Positions 7,701 to 17,323 of a DNA stretch of 64,000 nt are shown piece by piece; position 1 is the first letter of the stretch; each line of letters opens with the position of its first letter. The DNA comes from Bdellovibrionota bacterium (lineage in GTDB: Bacteria; Bdellovibrionota_C; UBA2361; JBGSMV01). Location: positions 83,801 to 147,800 of the forward strand of contig JBIKWF010000001.1 in assembly GCA_044356455.1 (NCBI GenBank), written 5' to 3'. The position numbers and the translations under genes are program-made. Below the pieces are notes generated by a model. It was not told the DNA's origin and made no database searches. It saw nothing but the letters and a program-made list of their open reading frames with translations.

Positions 7701-9972
7701 CGGTGGCTGGGGTGGCTCTACTGCCCCCAAGTACGTCTTTGAGAGCGTGCAGGGTAGGAACTCTCCCCTTCAGCGGAGAGACTGCCAGAGGCTGATAGTC
7801 GCCTGACGCCCAGTTCACTACCTGCGGCGGTCCGGTGCTTATGTCCTCTCCAAAGCTGTACGTGCCATAGGAGGTAACATCGACAAAGTGGTTGTGATTC
7901 CAGTTGATGGTTGCAATGTCCGCGAGGGTTGGTTTGTCTGGATTGCCCGAGTTAAGGTCCACCGTTACCGCGCTCAGCAGATTTCCCTCAAAGACTACAT
8001 TGGTATACCCGTCGGCTCGAAAAAAGAGCGTTTGGTCAAACGTATTGTTAATAAAAAGTACGTGGTTGCAGTCGGTGTTAATCTGGGACGTAAAATTTGA
8101 GGGAACCTTTCTGATGAGCACATTGACAAAGGCAGAGTTGTTAATTTTCTCACCTGCTGCAAGTGCGGCAATGAATATGCCTTGGCTCTCTACGTCGTGA
8201 GCGTACATTCCGTACAGGATGTGATTGTCCATGCCGGCGTTGGGGCGGTAGATCTGATACAAGTCGGGATGTGCTCCTGTGTCTGCGGCGTCTACGTCTG
8301 TCGCTTGTACGCTCAGCACGACTTGCGAGCCGGAGAAAAAATCAGACTTAATCTTTGAGACAGTAGTGTTCGCGATAAGAATTGAGTCAACGGGGCCATC
8401 TGCGGTGTCAGTCCATTCGGTGTCCGTGACATACAGCAGCGTCTTCATGAAGACGTTGGCGCCGCCGGTGGGCCCATAGCGGCCATTTTGCGCGCTCACG
8501 TGGGCGCCACTGAGCCAAATAAGCGGGCGTAGGGAGTTTGAACCAATCGAAAACAGTCCGTTTGCGTTAGTTACGAGCGAGACATTCTGCAATTTTATGC
8601 GGGCCAGAAACACGCTGTCGTGGGGCTGGTACTGCGCCTCGCCATCGACGCCGCGTAGAAGCACGGCAGTCTCAGGTACTCCTGGTGCAGCCGCAATGGT
8701 TAAAAAACGCTCGTCAGCTTTTGAAGATGCAAGTGCGTAGGGATACTCTCCAGGGAGACAGTAAATGGTGCTGCCGTCGAGCGTGCCGTACTGAGCGGTA
8801 AGCTGAGCGGCTGCGGCTTTCAGGGTCCGAAAAGGGTTCTGCAGAGTTCCGTCTCCTGACGAATCGGACCCCAGTCCCGAGACGTAGGCGGGTGTTCGAG
8901 AATAGCTCCCTCCCGCGTTGGTCCAGATGAAAAGTGAGTATACGCCGTTCGTGGCGGGTGCTGCGCCAAGGTTGGGCTGCGCATTGGGAAGAGGTGCCTG
9001 GTAATTTCCCGCAAGAAGCCTTGGAATGCCAGCATTGCGGGGAATAGCCAGCGCCCGAACCTCAACCTTGCTATCGGGGAAGTCGCTCGCGCGCAGCGTT
9101 ACCCAGTATTCACTCACTTCATTAGAGGGATTTACGGTCGGATGATCCACGGCTACCCAAGGACCGCCGTTCGCCGAAAAGAGCACCTTTGCGATACCGT
9201 TGCGATGAAATGCCACGACACCAATAGGAAGTTCGTTGTTCACTACTTGAAAGGGCACGCTGCTCCAGCGTGCAATCGCGAGTGCTTCGTAGCCCACGTC
9301 TCCAGGATTGCCAATTGGGGCAGGGGCTTCGATAGTTTCGGGGAATCCATCTCCTCCCATCAGATAAGAAGAAGTGACGACGGGAATTGGGGTTGGCGTC
9401 GCCGCAGGTAGAGTGGGGGTTGCGGTAGGTGCGGCGCCCGAGGTCGGTGTGGGGGGAGTGAGCTGATTTTCTTCTTTTTTCTCATCAGGCGCCTCGGGCT
9501 GCTGAGGGTCCTCCGAGGGGGGCGTGACGAGTTCCGTTGGTGGCGGCGTTGGTGAAACGGTTGGCGGCAGCTCATCTCCTGGGCCAGCAAGATCTTCGAT
9601 TACTACGCTGCGCGTAAATCGACTTATAATTCGACTATCTTTCGCCTTCCCTCGGAGTTTGGTGCCGCGGGAGAGCGTGCGGAATCGGTAGTGGCCTGCC
9701 TCGAGGGTCTGGGGAGGAATCTTGTAGCGAAGTACCTGCTTCCTTAGGTCGACGCGTTTGACACGTGTCCATTCTCCTCCCTCAGAGCGATACATTTCAA
9801 TAGAATGACGAGCGGAGGGTATTTGAGCTACCTCTCGCAGCAGTCGAACCACGATGGCGCCACTTGACTCAATCTCAATGCGAGGAGGCGCAACCCTTGT
9901 GTCGGCCAGAAGCGGCTGTGAAAGCGAGCAGAGAAGCGCGAATAATAGTGAGACAAGACGACTAGGCGTCAT
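7672..9972 (-). CDS. Secreted modular protein: Pro/Thr linker plus probable pectin-lyase-like beta-helix (DUF1565-like start)
   Basis: Signal peptide; PT-rich linker; YVS..GSD..GDGT..NPFRTL..A; repeated beta-strand/Asn pattern; C-terminal DY.P...SP..G...D..G..R.....IGA.E. Confidence 0.75.
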   Translation of the reverse strand: MTPSRLVSLLFALLCSLSQPLLADTRVAPPRIEIESSGAIVVRLLREVAQIPSARHSIEMYRSEGGEWTRVKRVDLRKQVLRYKIPPQTLEAGHYRFRTLSRGTKLRGKAKDSRIISRFTRSVVIEDLAGPGDELPPTVSPTPPPTELVTPPSEDPQQPEAPDEKKEENQLTPPTPTSGAAPTATPTLPAATPTPIPVVTSSYLMGGDGFPETIEAPAPIGNPGDVGYEALAIARWSSVPFQVVNNELPIGVVAFHRNGIAKVLFSANGGPWVAVDHPTVNPSNEVSEYWVTLRASDFPDSKVEVRALAIPRNAGIPRLLAGNYQAPLPNAQPNLGAAPATNGVYSLFIWTNAGGSYSRTPAYVSGLGSDSSGDGTLQNPFRTLKAAAAQLTAQYGTLDGSTIYCLPGEYPYALASSKADERFLTIAAAPGVPETAVLLRGVDGEAQYQPHDSVFLARIKLQNVSLVTNANGLFSIGSNSLRPLIWLSGAHVSAQNGRYGPTGGANVFMKTLLYVTDTEWTDTADGPVDSILIANTTVSKIKSDFFSGSQVVLSVQATDVDAADTGAHPDLYQIYRPNAGMDNHILYGMYAHDVESQGIFIAALAAGEKINNSAFVNVLIRKVPSNFTSQINTDCNHVLFINNTFDQTLFFRADGYTNVVFEGNLLSAVTVDLNSGNPDKPTLADIATINWNHNHFVDVTSYGTYSFGEDISTGPPQVVNWASGDYQPLAVSPLKGRVPTLHALKDVLGGSRATPATAIGAIEALE

Positions 9973-10035
9973 GGTTGACCTTTTAGTAGGTCACGCAAGT
10001 CACGGTTCTCAAACTGGTCCCCCATAGACAACTCA

Positions 10036-10051
10036 AGCAATGAGTGTGCCA
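10036..10051 (-). promoter_or_regulatory. Sigma-54 (-24/-12) promoter
   Basis: Minus strand reads TGGCAC-ACTCA-TTGCT with exact spacing, ~64 nt upstream of the 9972 start. Confidence 0.65.
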
Positions 10052-10356
10052 TCGGATCTTGGTCACCTCGCCTTTATGGTTCCCGGTTAAATCGTTCCTT
10101 TACGCACCAAAGGAGTACGAATCTCTCGTAGGAGTGAGTTGGGTAGCAATTGATCAAGCTATTCCGGCAATAATGCTCCGCTAACGCCCGGCCGCATTCA
10201 ACAAATTGCGCTGGCCGGAGCCTGCCTTGTTTCGCCGCAGCACAGCTTTTGCCTAGGGGGAGGTTGCTTTTCCACCTTGTGAACGAAGAATTTACGAGGG
10301 GTGGGTGGGCAGCAGGAGAACACAAGGTATGCACGCTGGTGCGTACTTCGCGCTTC

Positions 10357-11376
10357 TCAGGGCGTATTTGCTTCAACAGGCGGCTCGGGGATAAGTGAGG
10401 AGGCGAGAATACCTGCAGTCAACGCGCCGACGATCACCACCATCGACCAAAGGGTAGGGATATGAAAGAAGCCCGCTATCATCATCTTCATGCCGATAAA
10501 AAAGAGCACCCCAACCAGGGCTACCTTAAGGAAACGAAAGCGCGAGATCAGAGAGGCCAGGGCAAAATACAGAGACCGCAGGTTTAAGATAGCGAAAACA
10601 TTTGAGGTAAAGACGAGAAAGGGATCGCTCGTAATGGCGAATACGGCGGGAATTGAGTCAAAGGCAAACAGCAGATCCGTACTTTCTATGACCACAAGTA
10701 CCAGAAAAAGGGGGGTGGCGAGTCGCTTGCCACTACGGATGGTAAAAAATTTCTCGCCATCTAGTTCGCTCGTGGTGGGCACAAAGCGTGTAACTAGTTT
10801 GTAGAGACGGCTCGTTGAGGGATCGAAGCTTTCCTCTTTTACCACCAATAGCTTGGCCGCCGCATACAGGAGCAAGGCTCCAAATAAATAATTCACCCAG
10901 CTAAAATTTGCTATGAGCGTGGCTCCAATACCAATCATAACGCCGCGCATGACAAGCGCGCCCAAAATGCCCCAGAAAAGAACGCGGTGCTGATGCTGGA
11001 GGGGGATTTGGAAGAAAGAGAAGATGATGGCGATTACAAAAATGTTATCTATGCTGAGGGACTGCTCCACAATCCACGCGGTGAGGAACTGCATTGCAGC
11101 CTCTGCTCCAGAGCTGGGAAGCGCACCGAGGCCTCCTGCCGCGGCTTCGGAAAGGCCTCCCGAGGCTCGAAGCTGGGCTACGGATCCCATCCAGCCGTAT
11201 TCGTATAAAAAATAGACCAGGCCACTAAAGAGAACTGCAAGAACGCAGCAGAATCCTGACCAGCGCAGAGCTTCCGAGGAACTCATGACGCGCGCCTTAG
11301 ACCGAAGCAGGCCAAGGTCCACGGCAAGCATACCAAGAACAAAGACGATAAATCCGCACCAGAAGAGAAAATGCAT
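10357..11376 (-). CDS. TerC/Alx family membrane protein
   Basis: EQSLSIDNIFV, QHRVLFWGILGA, E.TDLLFAFDSIPAVFAIT.DPF.VFTSNVFAIL.LRSLYF. Confidence 0.95.
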   Translation of the reverse strand: MHFLFWCGFIVFVLGMLAVDLGLLRSKARVMSSSEALRWSGFCCVLAVLFSGLVYFLYEYGWMGSVAQLRASGGLSEAAAGGLGALPSSGAEAAMQFLTAWIVEQSLSIDNIFVIAIIFSFFQIPLQHQHRVLFWGILGALVMRGVMIGIGATLIANFSWVNYLFGALLLYAAAKLLVVKEESFDPSTSRLYKLVTRFVPTTSELDGEKFFTIRSGKRLATPLFLVLVVIESTDLLFAFDSIPAVFAITSDPFLVFTSNVFAILNLRSLYFALASLISRFRFLKVALVGVLFFIGMKMMIAGFFHIPTLWSMVVIVGALTAGILASSLIPEPPVEANTP

Positions 11377-11449
11377 ACACCCAATCTAGAAAAACAAACA
11401 TTACAATAACAAGAGCGCTAAGGGGGAAAGGCTGGGAGTTCGGTAAAAA

Positions 11450-11497
11450 ACAACCACTAAGACCACAGTGACCACTAAGACCACAGTGACCACAAAG
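11450..11497 (+). repeat. 9-nt-period repeat (CCACTAAGA/CCACAGTGA), left copy
   Basis: ACAACCACTAAGACCACAGTGACCACTAAGACCACAGTGACCACAAAG. Confidence 0.85.
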
Positions 11498-11510
11498 AAA
11501 GGGGAACGCT

Positions 11511-12077
11511 TCATTTCCCTGCAGGTAATTCAGAGCTTGCGGTGTTCCTAGGAGAGGCCTTTTCCACGCTTGCTCCGCTATCCTCCTTGAGAGTGAGCTC
11601 CTTGGCGAGCCTGTCGAGCATACTCTCATAAAGCAGCGGGTCCCTGTCGCGGTAGCGACCCAGAAACTCTATGGCCTCTGAAAGTTTGCCCTGTTCCTCG
11701 TACCACCTCGCGATACCGCGGAAGCGATCCGATACAAGGTATTCATCCACCTTGTTTTCCTCGGCGAGAGCATAGCTCTTTTCCGCCTCCTCAATAAGCC
11801 CTTGTCCGAGCTGAATGTCGCCAATGAGAATTAGATAAAAATAGGGATTCTCCCATTCAGGGCGCTTGGGAACTTTAAGGCGAAATGCCATGTGGGAGCG
11901 GTAGGCTTCAATCGCCTCCTGGTATTTACCCTCGCGACTAAGCTCCTCTGCACGTTCAAGAAAGCCATACTCGCCGCCTCGCCCTGAAAAGCATCCTGAG
12001 AGAAGCACCAGCACGAGGGCCGCGCATAGCCAAGGGCGAAGCCTCTTGAAAATCCTTGGGGCAAGACTCTGTCGCAT
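11511..12077 (-). CDS. TPR-repeat lipoprotein
   Basis: Lipobox LSGC after a hydrophobic stretch; TPR-like helices (G.Y.EAIEAY, G..EEA...Y, G.L.EAI). Confidence 0.75.
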   Translation of the reverse strand: MRQSLAPRIFKRLRPWLCAALVLVLLSGCFSGRGGEYGFLERAEELSREGKYQEAIEAYRSHMAFRLKVPKRPEWENPYFYLILIGDIQLGQGLIEEAEKSYALAEENKVDEYLVSDRFRGIARWYEEQGKLSEAIEFLGRYRDRDPLLYESMLDRLAKELTLKEDSGASVEKASPRNTASSELPAGK

Positions 12078-12188
12078 AGCGAGAGATTCTCAGGTAACCG
12101 ATGGTGCTGCAACTGGTTCCAGGTTCCCGAATTGTTGATAGCTTCTCAGCGCTTCAACTTCAGAGAACGACGTACATTCTATCCCTCA

Positions 12189-12218
12189 CTTAGTGGTCAC
12201 TGTGGTCTTAGTGGTTGT
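12189..12218 (-). repeat. 9-nt-period repeat, right copy (perfect 30-bp inverted copy of 11450-11479)
   Basis: CTTAGTGGTCACTGTGGTCTTAGTGGTTGT; contains the lpxL stop codon. Confidence 0.85.
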
Positions 12219-13149
12219 CCTTTCGTTTAATATCAGGCCCGAGGCTGCCCTCATTCAATGCGAGTAGATACGCCGCTGACGAAAGCCTTTCCCCGCTCGG
12301 CAGAGTTCGCCAGCGCTTATGAATCCAAACCCACTGCTCCGGATAGGCCCGTATGACTTCTTCGAGATGGGCATGGTAAGCGGCCAGGACCTCGGCGGCA
12401 CTCCCGGAAGAGGGAAGCTCTCGGTACATTACTCTGCCACCCCGCCCTTCTCTCACTAAAAAGGCGCTTACCACATGAGCCTTTTGGCGGAGTGCCAGTT
12501 CTATGAGGCTGCTTGGGGTAACTGCTGGAATTCCGAAAAACGGAACGTGGGTACCGGCCACCCTGGTATCTTGGTCTATGAGGGCAGCTACCCAGCGCCT
12601 AGACTTAAGCGCCCTTAGTATGTCACGTGCCCCTTGGGCAGAGTTGGTTCTCCAGATGGTTTCAATACCATAACGACCACGTAGGTTCGCGAGGACTTCT
12701 TGGAGGTGCTGATTGCGGGCCTCCCTGCCTATGGCGGTAAGAGGAAACCCGCGCGAGGTCATAAGGGCGCCAAAGAGGTCCCAGCTGCCTACGTGGCCCG
12801 TGAGGCAGATAAGAGGTTGGCCTGAGTTGGTGAGTGCGCGTGCCCGTTGCTCCTCGGGGAAGGAGAACTGCTCTGAGGCCGCAAGGAATGGGGCAAGATT
12901 AACTGATTCAGCCAGGGTGCGTCCAAGGTGGGCATAGACCTTTCGGGTGAGCTGAGAGGTCTCGCTTGCCCCAGCTCTCAAAACTGCACGAATTTGAGCT
13001 TGGCAAATAGCGCGGTCGCGCGTGGGTATAAGAGAGAAAATGATTCCTAAAAGCGCGCCGAGTTTTCCACGAAATTCGGCGGGCAGAGAGCCAAAAGCGC
13101 CGAGAGCTGTGAGTATGGCTCTAGAAGGGAGCTTCATCTTCTCCGGCAT
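12208..13149 (-). CDS. lpxL: Lipid A biosynthesis lauroyl acyltransferase family
   Basis: H.G.WD catalytic motif, LIDQD, VPFFG, YPEQWVWIHKRW. Confidence 0.85.
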   Translation of the reverse strand: MPEKMKLPSRAILTALGAFGSLPAEFRGKLGALLGIIFSLIPTRDRAICQAQIRAVLRAGASETSQLTRKVYAHLGRTLAESVNLAPFLAASEQFSFPEEQRARALTNSGQPLICLTGHVGSWDLFGALMTSRGFPLTAIGREARNQHLQEVLANLRGRYGIETIWRTNSAQGARDILRALKSRRWVAALIDQDTRVAGTHVPFFGIPAVTPSSLIELALRQKAHVVSAFLVREGRGGRVMYRELPSSGSAAEVLAAYHAHLEEVIRAYPEQWVWIHKRWRTLPSGERLSSAAYLLALNEGSLGPDIKRKDNH

Positions 13150-14230
13150 CCTTCTCAGTGCGCGCTTCGCCCCTGAGCCCTTCTACGAGGAGCAATTCCA
13201 TAAGGAAGTCTCTTAGGATGATTCCTAGGAGTTCGCCGTCTTTCATAACAAAGACTACAAGCGAGCCGTTCTCCCGGAATATATCAGAGATGTTTGCCAC
13301 TGGTTCCTCGGGCGCAACCGAACGAAAATCCTTTGAAAGTAGGCCCGAGATGTAATCGTGTTCATCGCCATGGGCGGCAGCTTCTATGAGGTCCTGCCGA
13401 TCGACAAAGCCAAGAACGGTCTTGCCATGCACTACGGGAAAGAGTGCTTGAAAGGACCGCATCGCACGGTCTACAGCCTGAGGAATTGTGGTGACGTGAG
13501 GGAGCGTCAGCAGGGCGGAGACTGGAATCATCGCACGTTCGGCAGAGAGTTCCTTCGACGCCAGGAGCGCTTTCGAGCGCACGAGTTCCTGCATGGAGTT
13601 GGTAAATACGATTGCCGCTACTAACACGAGGAACATATTGAAGGTGAGCAGGGCCGCAAGTCCAAGCAGGACGCTTGCGCCTTGGCTGATGCGTACCGTA
13701 ACCGCAGTAGCCTCCTTAACTCCGAAAATGGAGAGTAGGGCACGCAAGATTCGGCCACCGTCCATCGGGAAGGCCGGGATAAGGTTAAACACCACGAGCA
13801 CGACGTTGGTAGCAAAAAATTTCGTAATAAACGAGGACTGAGCGAGCTGTGCAGGGTCCGTGGGCGTCTCAGCCCAGGGGGCCAGAGTCATAGCGATAAA
13901 AGCATTAACGAGGGGCCCCGCCGCAGAGATAACTAGTTCAGCGCGCGGGCCTGCTTCTCGAAGTAGCGACGCCACTCCGCCAAAGGGGTAAAGTGTGATG
14001 TCCCTTGTTTTTATTCCAAAACGCAGAGCGGCGAGCGCATGTCCCAATTCATGGGCCAGGACGGCACCAAAAAGTGCGGCGATAAAGAGCATTTCAGGTA
14101 TCGGGTTCCCGCCCCCTGAGGACGCATCAAAGGCCACCAAGGCAAGCAAGAGCAGAAAGGTCAGATGCACCCGTATGGGAACTCCTGCCAGGTTAACCAG
14201 CGGAACTGTCCAGGTTCGATTCTGCGCCAT
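13121..14230 (-). CDS. Site-2 protease (M50) with CBS domains
   Basis: HELGH, AGP..N, FNLIPAFPMDGGR, C-terminal CBS pair. Confidence 0.95.
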   Translation of the reverse strand: MAQNRTWTVPLVNLAGVPIRVHLTFLLLLALVAFDASSGGGNPIPEMLFIAALFGAVLAHELGHALAALRFGIKTRDITLYPFGGVASLLREAGPRAELVISAAGPLVNAFIAMTLAPWAETPTDPAQLAQSSFITKFFATNVVLVVFNLIPAFPMDGGRILRALLSIFGVKEATAVTVRISQGASVLLGLAALLTFNMFLVLVAAIVFTNSMQELVRSKALLASKELSAERAMIPVSALLTLPHVTTIPQAVDRAMRSFQALFPVVHGKTVLGFVDRQDLIEAAAHGDEHDYISGLLSKDFRSVAPEEPVANISDIFRENGSLVVFVMKDGELLGIILRDFLMELLLVEGLRGEARTEKDAGEDEAPF

Positions 14231-14385
14231 ATAGGGATATCTTATAGCGCGATTGGCCAAAGCAAAACTACTCTGAGGCCTGCCTTTTTACAGAATCGAG
14301 GGGATTTCGTTTTTAATCTGGAGGCACCTGGGGGTGAGTCTTCATCTAGTAAACGGTCCACAGACCCATTAGAATCCTCCAAAAC

Positions 14386-15615
14386 ATGGAAACGCTACTC
14401 ATAGTTATCGTACTTGTCACCTTGGTGGGATCCTTTTGCTGCTCAATTTCAGAGAGCGCGCTTTACTCCATTCCTCCAGCCTACGTGAAGATGCTCGAGG
14501 AGTCTGGGGTAAGGAGTGGGAAGATTTTGGCAGGGTTCAAAGACGATATGGGCCCCCCCATTTCTGCTATTCTCATAGTCAATACGATAACGAATACCCT
14601 AGGCCCGGCAGTGTGCGGTGCTATTGTGGACGATCTTTGGGGCGAGTGGGGAGTACTCGCCGCCGCGGGTGTGCTCACGGCAGCGATTTTATTTATGGGA
14701 GAGATTACTCCCAAGCTCATAGGTGTCACCTATTCTAAAACCATCGCTCCGATTGTCGCTTTCCCGGTTCTTCTATGCGTGAAGCTTCTTGCTCCTTTGC
14801 TTTGGGTTAGTAGTGGAATCTCCTCTTTAGTCAAAGCGGATGAGCCTCAGCAAACCATGTCCCATCATGAAGTGAAATCCATGGCTGAAATTGGACAAGA
14901 GGAAGGCGCATTGGATGAGTTCGAGGGCGAGGTCATCCAGAACGTGATTGGGCTCGATGAAATTATTGTGCGAGAAATTCTAACTCCTCGCGTCGTGGTC
15001 TTTCGGCTTCGAGAGGACTTAACGGTAGCTGAAGTCGAAAAGGAGCTTCCGGACTGGAGTCATAGTCGCGTCCCCATTTATCCAGAGGACGACCCTGAGC
15101 ATCTTAGTGGGTACGTTCTGCAGCGGGATGTTTTTCGGGAGGCCGTGAGGGGGAACAAGACCACGACGCTCAAGCAGATTGCTCGCCAACTGCCAGTAGT
15201 GCCGGAGCTCATGCGAGCCGATAGGCTGCTCCTTCGAATGATTGATAAGAGAGAGCACATCTGTGCCGTCGTAGATGAGCATGGCAGCCTCGCAGGGATT
15301 GTTACTCTTGAAGACACGATGGAAGAGCTCGTGGGCAAAGAAATCGTTGACGAATACGACGCGGTTGCCGACCTGAGGACGTTCGCGGGGCTTCTACGTG
15401 TGGTGCGTAATCGGAGGAGACAGTCCGATGGGGCTACGAATGCGCCTGAGTCTGGCGCCCACGCTGCGACCGGCGTAGGAGCTGCGGCAGGAAGCCTGCC
15501 GGAGGGCGCACTCTTGGGTGGGCGCGAGCAGGGAAAACAGGGGCCGAATTTAGAGCGCGTCTTGCGAGAAGCGCGGAAGCTCAAGGCTCAGAGGGGCGGC
15601 GAGGGGCCTCTTTAG
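14386..15615 (+). CDS. CNNM/DUF21-CBS (hemolysin-like) membrane protein
   Basis: S..E.AL, GEITPK, HSRVPIY, VVDEHG...GIVTLED..EELVG.EI.DE.D. Confidence 0.92.
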   Translation: METLLIVIVLVTLVGSFCCSISESALYSIPPAYVKMLEESGVRSGKILAGFKDDMGPPISAILIVNTITNTLGPAVCGAIVDDLWGEWGVLAAAGVLTAAILFMGEITPKLIGVTYSKTIAPIVAFPVLLCVKLLAPLLWVSSGISSLVKADEPQQTMSHHEVKSMAEIGQEEGALDEFEGEVIQNVIGLDEIIVREILTPRVVVFRLREDLTVAEVEKELPDWSHSRVPIYPEDDPEHLSGYVLQRDVFREAVRGNKTTTLKQIARQLPVVPELMRADRLLLRMIDKREHICAVVDEHGSLAGIVTLEDTMEELVGKEIVDEYDAVADLRTFAGLLRVVRNRRRQSDGATNAPESGAHAATGVGAAAGSLPEGALLGGREQGKQGPNLERVLREARKLKAQRGGEGPL

Positions 15616-15752
15616 GGGCTTAAGCTATGATTTGACCTCCTAGTTATTGCAGAGGTCTTGCGAGGTGCCCCGGCTTTTCAGCAGGGGAATTCTAACGCGA
15701 GGGACGGCAACAGGAAGAGGATTCAACTCATTCTAAGCTCGTATCGTAGAGC

Positions 15753-15784
15753 AAAAAAAATGGGGAGCATGTTAGCTCCCCATT
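15753..15784 (-). terminator. Intrinsic terminator
   Basis: A8 then TGGGGAGC-ATGTTA-GCTCCCCA, i.e. stem plus U-tract on the minus strand. Confidence 0.75.
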
Positions 15785-15845
15785 CTCGTACTCTGTTTGC
15801 CTTACGGCTTAACAGTGTGAGTGATCTCTCACTGGATAGCCAACA

Positions 15846-16337
15846 TTACTGAATGTCTGCTGCATCGTCCTTGAGTTTCAAGGAAAGTGCTCGAAGGAAC
15901 GCGTTCGGCGAAACATCCTGACGGGATACCCCGCAGTTGACAAAACGCGCAACCGACTCAGAGTACTCGTTGATAGATGCTTGATTGCAAATGAGCCTGC
16001 CTTGAATGCTAAGAATTGGCTGCTCGCCGTCCTCGTTATTCTCAACGCCCTCTAGCTCTTCGGCATTAAGTGTGAAGGACTTGCGGTTAGTGAAGCGCTT
16101 TTCGATAAGCAAGCGCTTCTTCTCGAACTCGGTGTCCCCGGGGTAGCTTATGCCTCCCATAACCCTAACTCGGCACTCGCTCCGACGAGCTCGGTTGAAG
16201 CGAAAGCGCATTTGAAGCTTGGCTGTGTTCCCATTATAAGCCAGCTGCACGCGAACAGGTGGCACCGACTGCGCCATCGCTTGTTTCGCTGCTGCGAAGG
16301 TGAAGGCTGCTGCAACAACAATTAGTAATTTCTTCAT
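15846..16337 (-). CDS. Secreted hypothetical protein
   Basis: Signal peptide ending AMA; AGAGAG RBS; downstream terminator. Confidence 0.75.
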   Translation of the reverse strand: MKKLLIVVAAAFTFAAAKQAMAQSVPPVRVQLAYNGNTAKLQMRFRFNRARRSECRVRVMGGISYPGDTEFEKKRLLIEKRFTNRKSFTLNAEELEGVENNEDGEQPILSIQGRLICNQASINEYSESVARFVNCGVSRQDVSPNAFLRALSLKLKDDAADIQ

Positions 16338-16458
16338 ACGTGGCTCTCTTAAGATTTAATTCCTGACCTCGTCAAAACTTTTCGCCTCTTCCTGGGCACC
16401 GCAAACATTGCAAATCCCCACCATTTCTCAGTCGCAAGACCTATAGGTGCGAATATCC

Positions 16459-17145
16459 TCAGGTACTTGGAGAAATCGGAGGAAGCGGATCTGGTCGTTC
16501 TTCGTTCAAGCAATCTTCTGTTGCAGGACAAGCGATCTTGTCGTTTCCGGGCTTCTTGCTTGGATTAGAGCCATTCTTCGTGCTGCTTTCATCGTCAGCA
16601 GGGAGAAGTGGAGCCGCGGATGGTTCATCGGAACCGCCCGAATCCGTAGATCCGCCCGTCGAGGAGGGGACTGCGCTCTCCGAGCTGTCTCTACCTGAGA
16701 AGACGCCAAGGCCGACGCCGGTAACCGCAACGCCTGCGCCACCAAGCCATGCCGCGGCGTTCGAGCTGCCTTCTTCGTCTGTGGTAATTACTGCTACTTG
16801 AGAAACGATTGCTTCGCTCTGGGTAGTTCCCGCCTTAGCGGTCTCTTGACAAATTTTCCATGCCCCAGGGGTTACGTTCTTGAATCCACCCTTGCCGCCA
16901 ACAACGAAGGACGTGAGGGACTCAGACGCAGCCGAGGAGAGGACGAAACCAACATCGGAAAGCGGAGAGCCCGACTTATCAGTCACTCTGATTTCGACCG
17001 AAGTGTTTGTACCATCTCGAACCTCGCGGATGGCGCGTGGTGTTCCGTCGCAGTCTGTGACTTTTATCTCAGCCGCAAACGCGGAATATGCAGGCGCCAG
17101 GGTTGCTGCGACCGCGGTAGCAAGAACCGAAATAGTTCTTTTCAT
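16459..17145 (-). CDS. Secreted Ig/prealbumin-like (carboxypeptidase-regulatory-like) protein, paralog of 50081-50623
   Basis: Signal peptide; V.D.SG.P and F..V.PG.W motifs; Gly/Ala hydrophobic segment; Ser/Asp tail ending PISPST. Confidence 0.75.
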   Translation of the reverse strand: MKRTISVLATAVAATLAPAYSAFAAEIKVTDCDGTPRAIREVRDGTNTSVEIRVTDKSGSPLSDVGFVLSSAASESLTSFVVGGKGGFKNVTPGAWKICQETAKAGTTQSEAIVSQVAVITTDEEGSSNAAAWLGGAGVAVTGVGLGVFSGRDSSESAVPSSTGGSTDSGGSDEPSAAPLLPADDESSTKNGSNPSKKPGNDKIACPATEDCLNEERPDPLPPISPST

Positions 17146-17323
17146 TTGATTATCGAAGCCTCAAAAAATTCCAAGAAGGCGCAAGGCATCTCACATGCGC
17201 ATGGCCCCTAACAAGGTGGTCCTAATCGCTCCGTAACATCGAGCAGTTAGAGCCTAGTCGATGTAGATGCATTCGTCTAGAGGAATAAGCAGCGGTGGTA
17301 GGGAGAAATTCCACTGCAGCGAT

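Noticed and set aside
11377..11510. yybP-ykoY manganese riboswitch upstream of terC
   Set aside because: No GGGGAGTAG-type core on the minus strand; the region holds the 9-nt repeat instead.
17206..17252. Integron attC-like site (CCCTAAC...GTTAGAG)
   Set aside because: Too short, with imperfect core sites, poor internal pairing and no integrase or cassette array.
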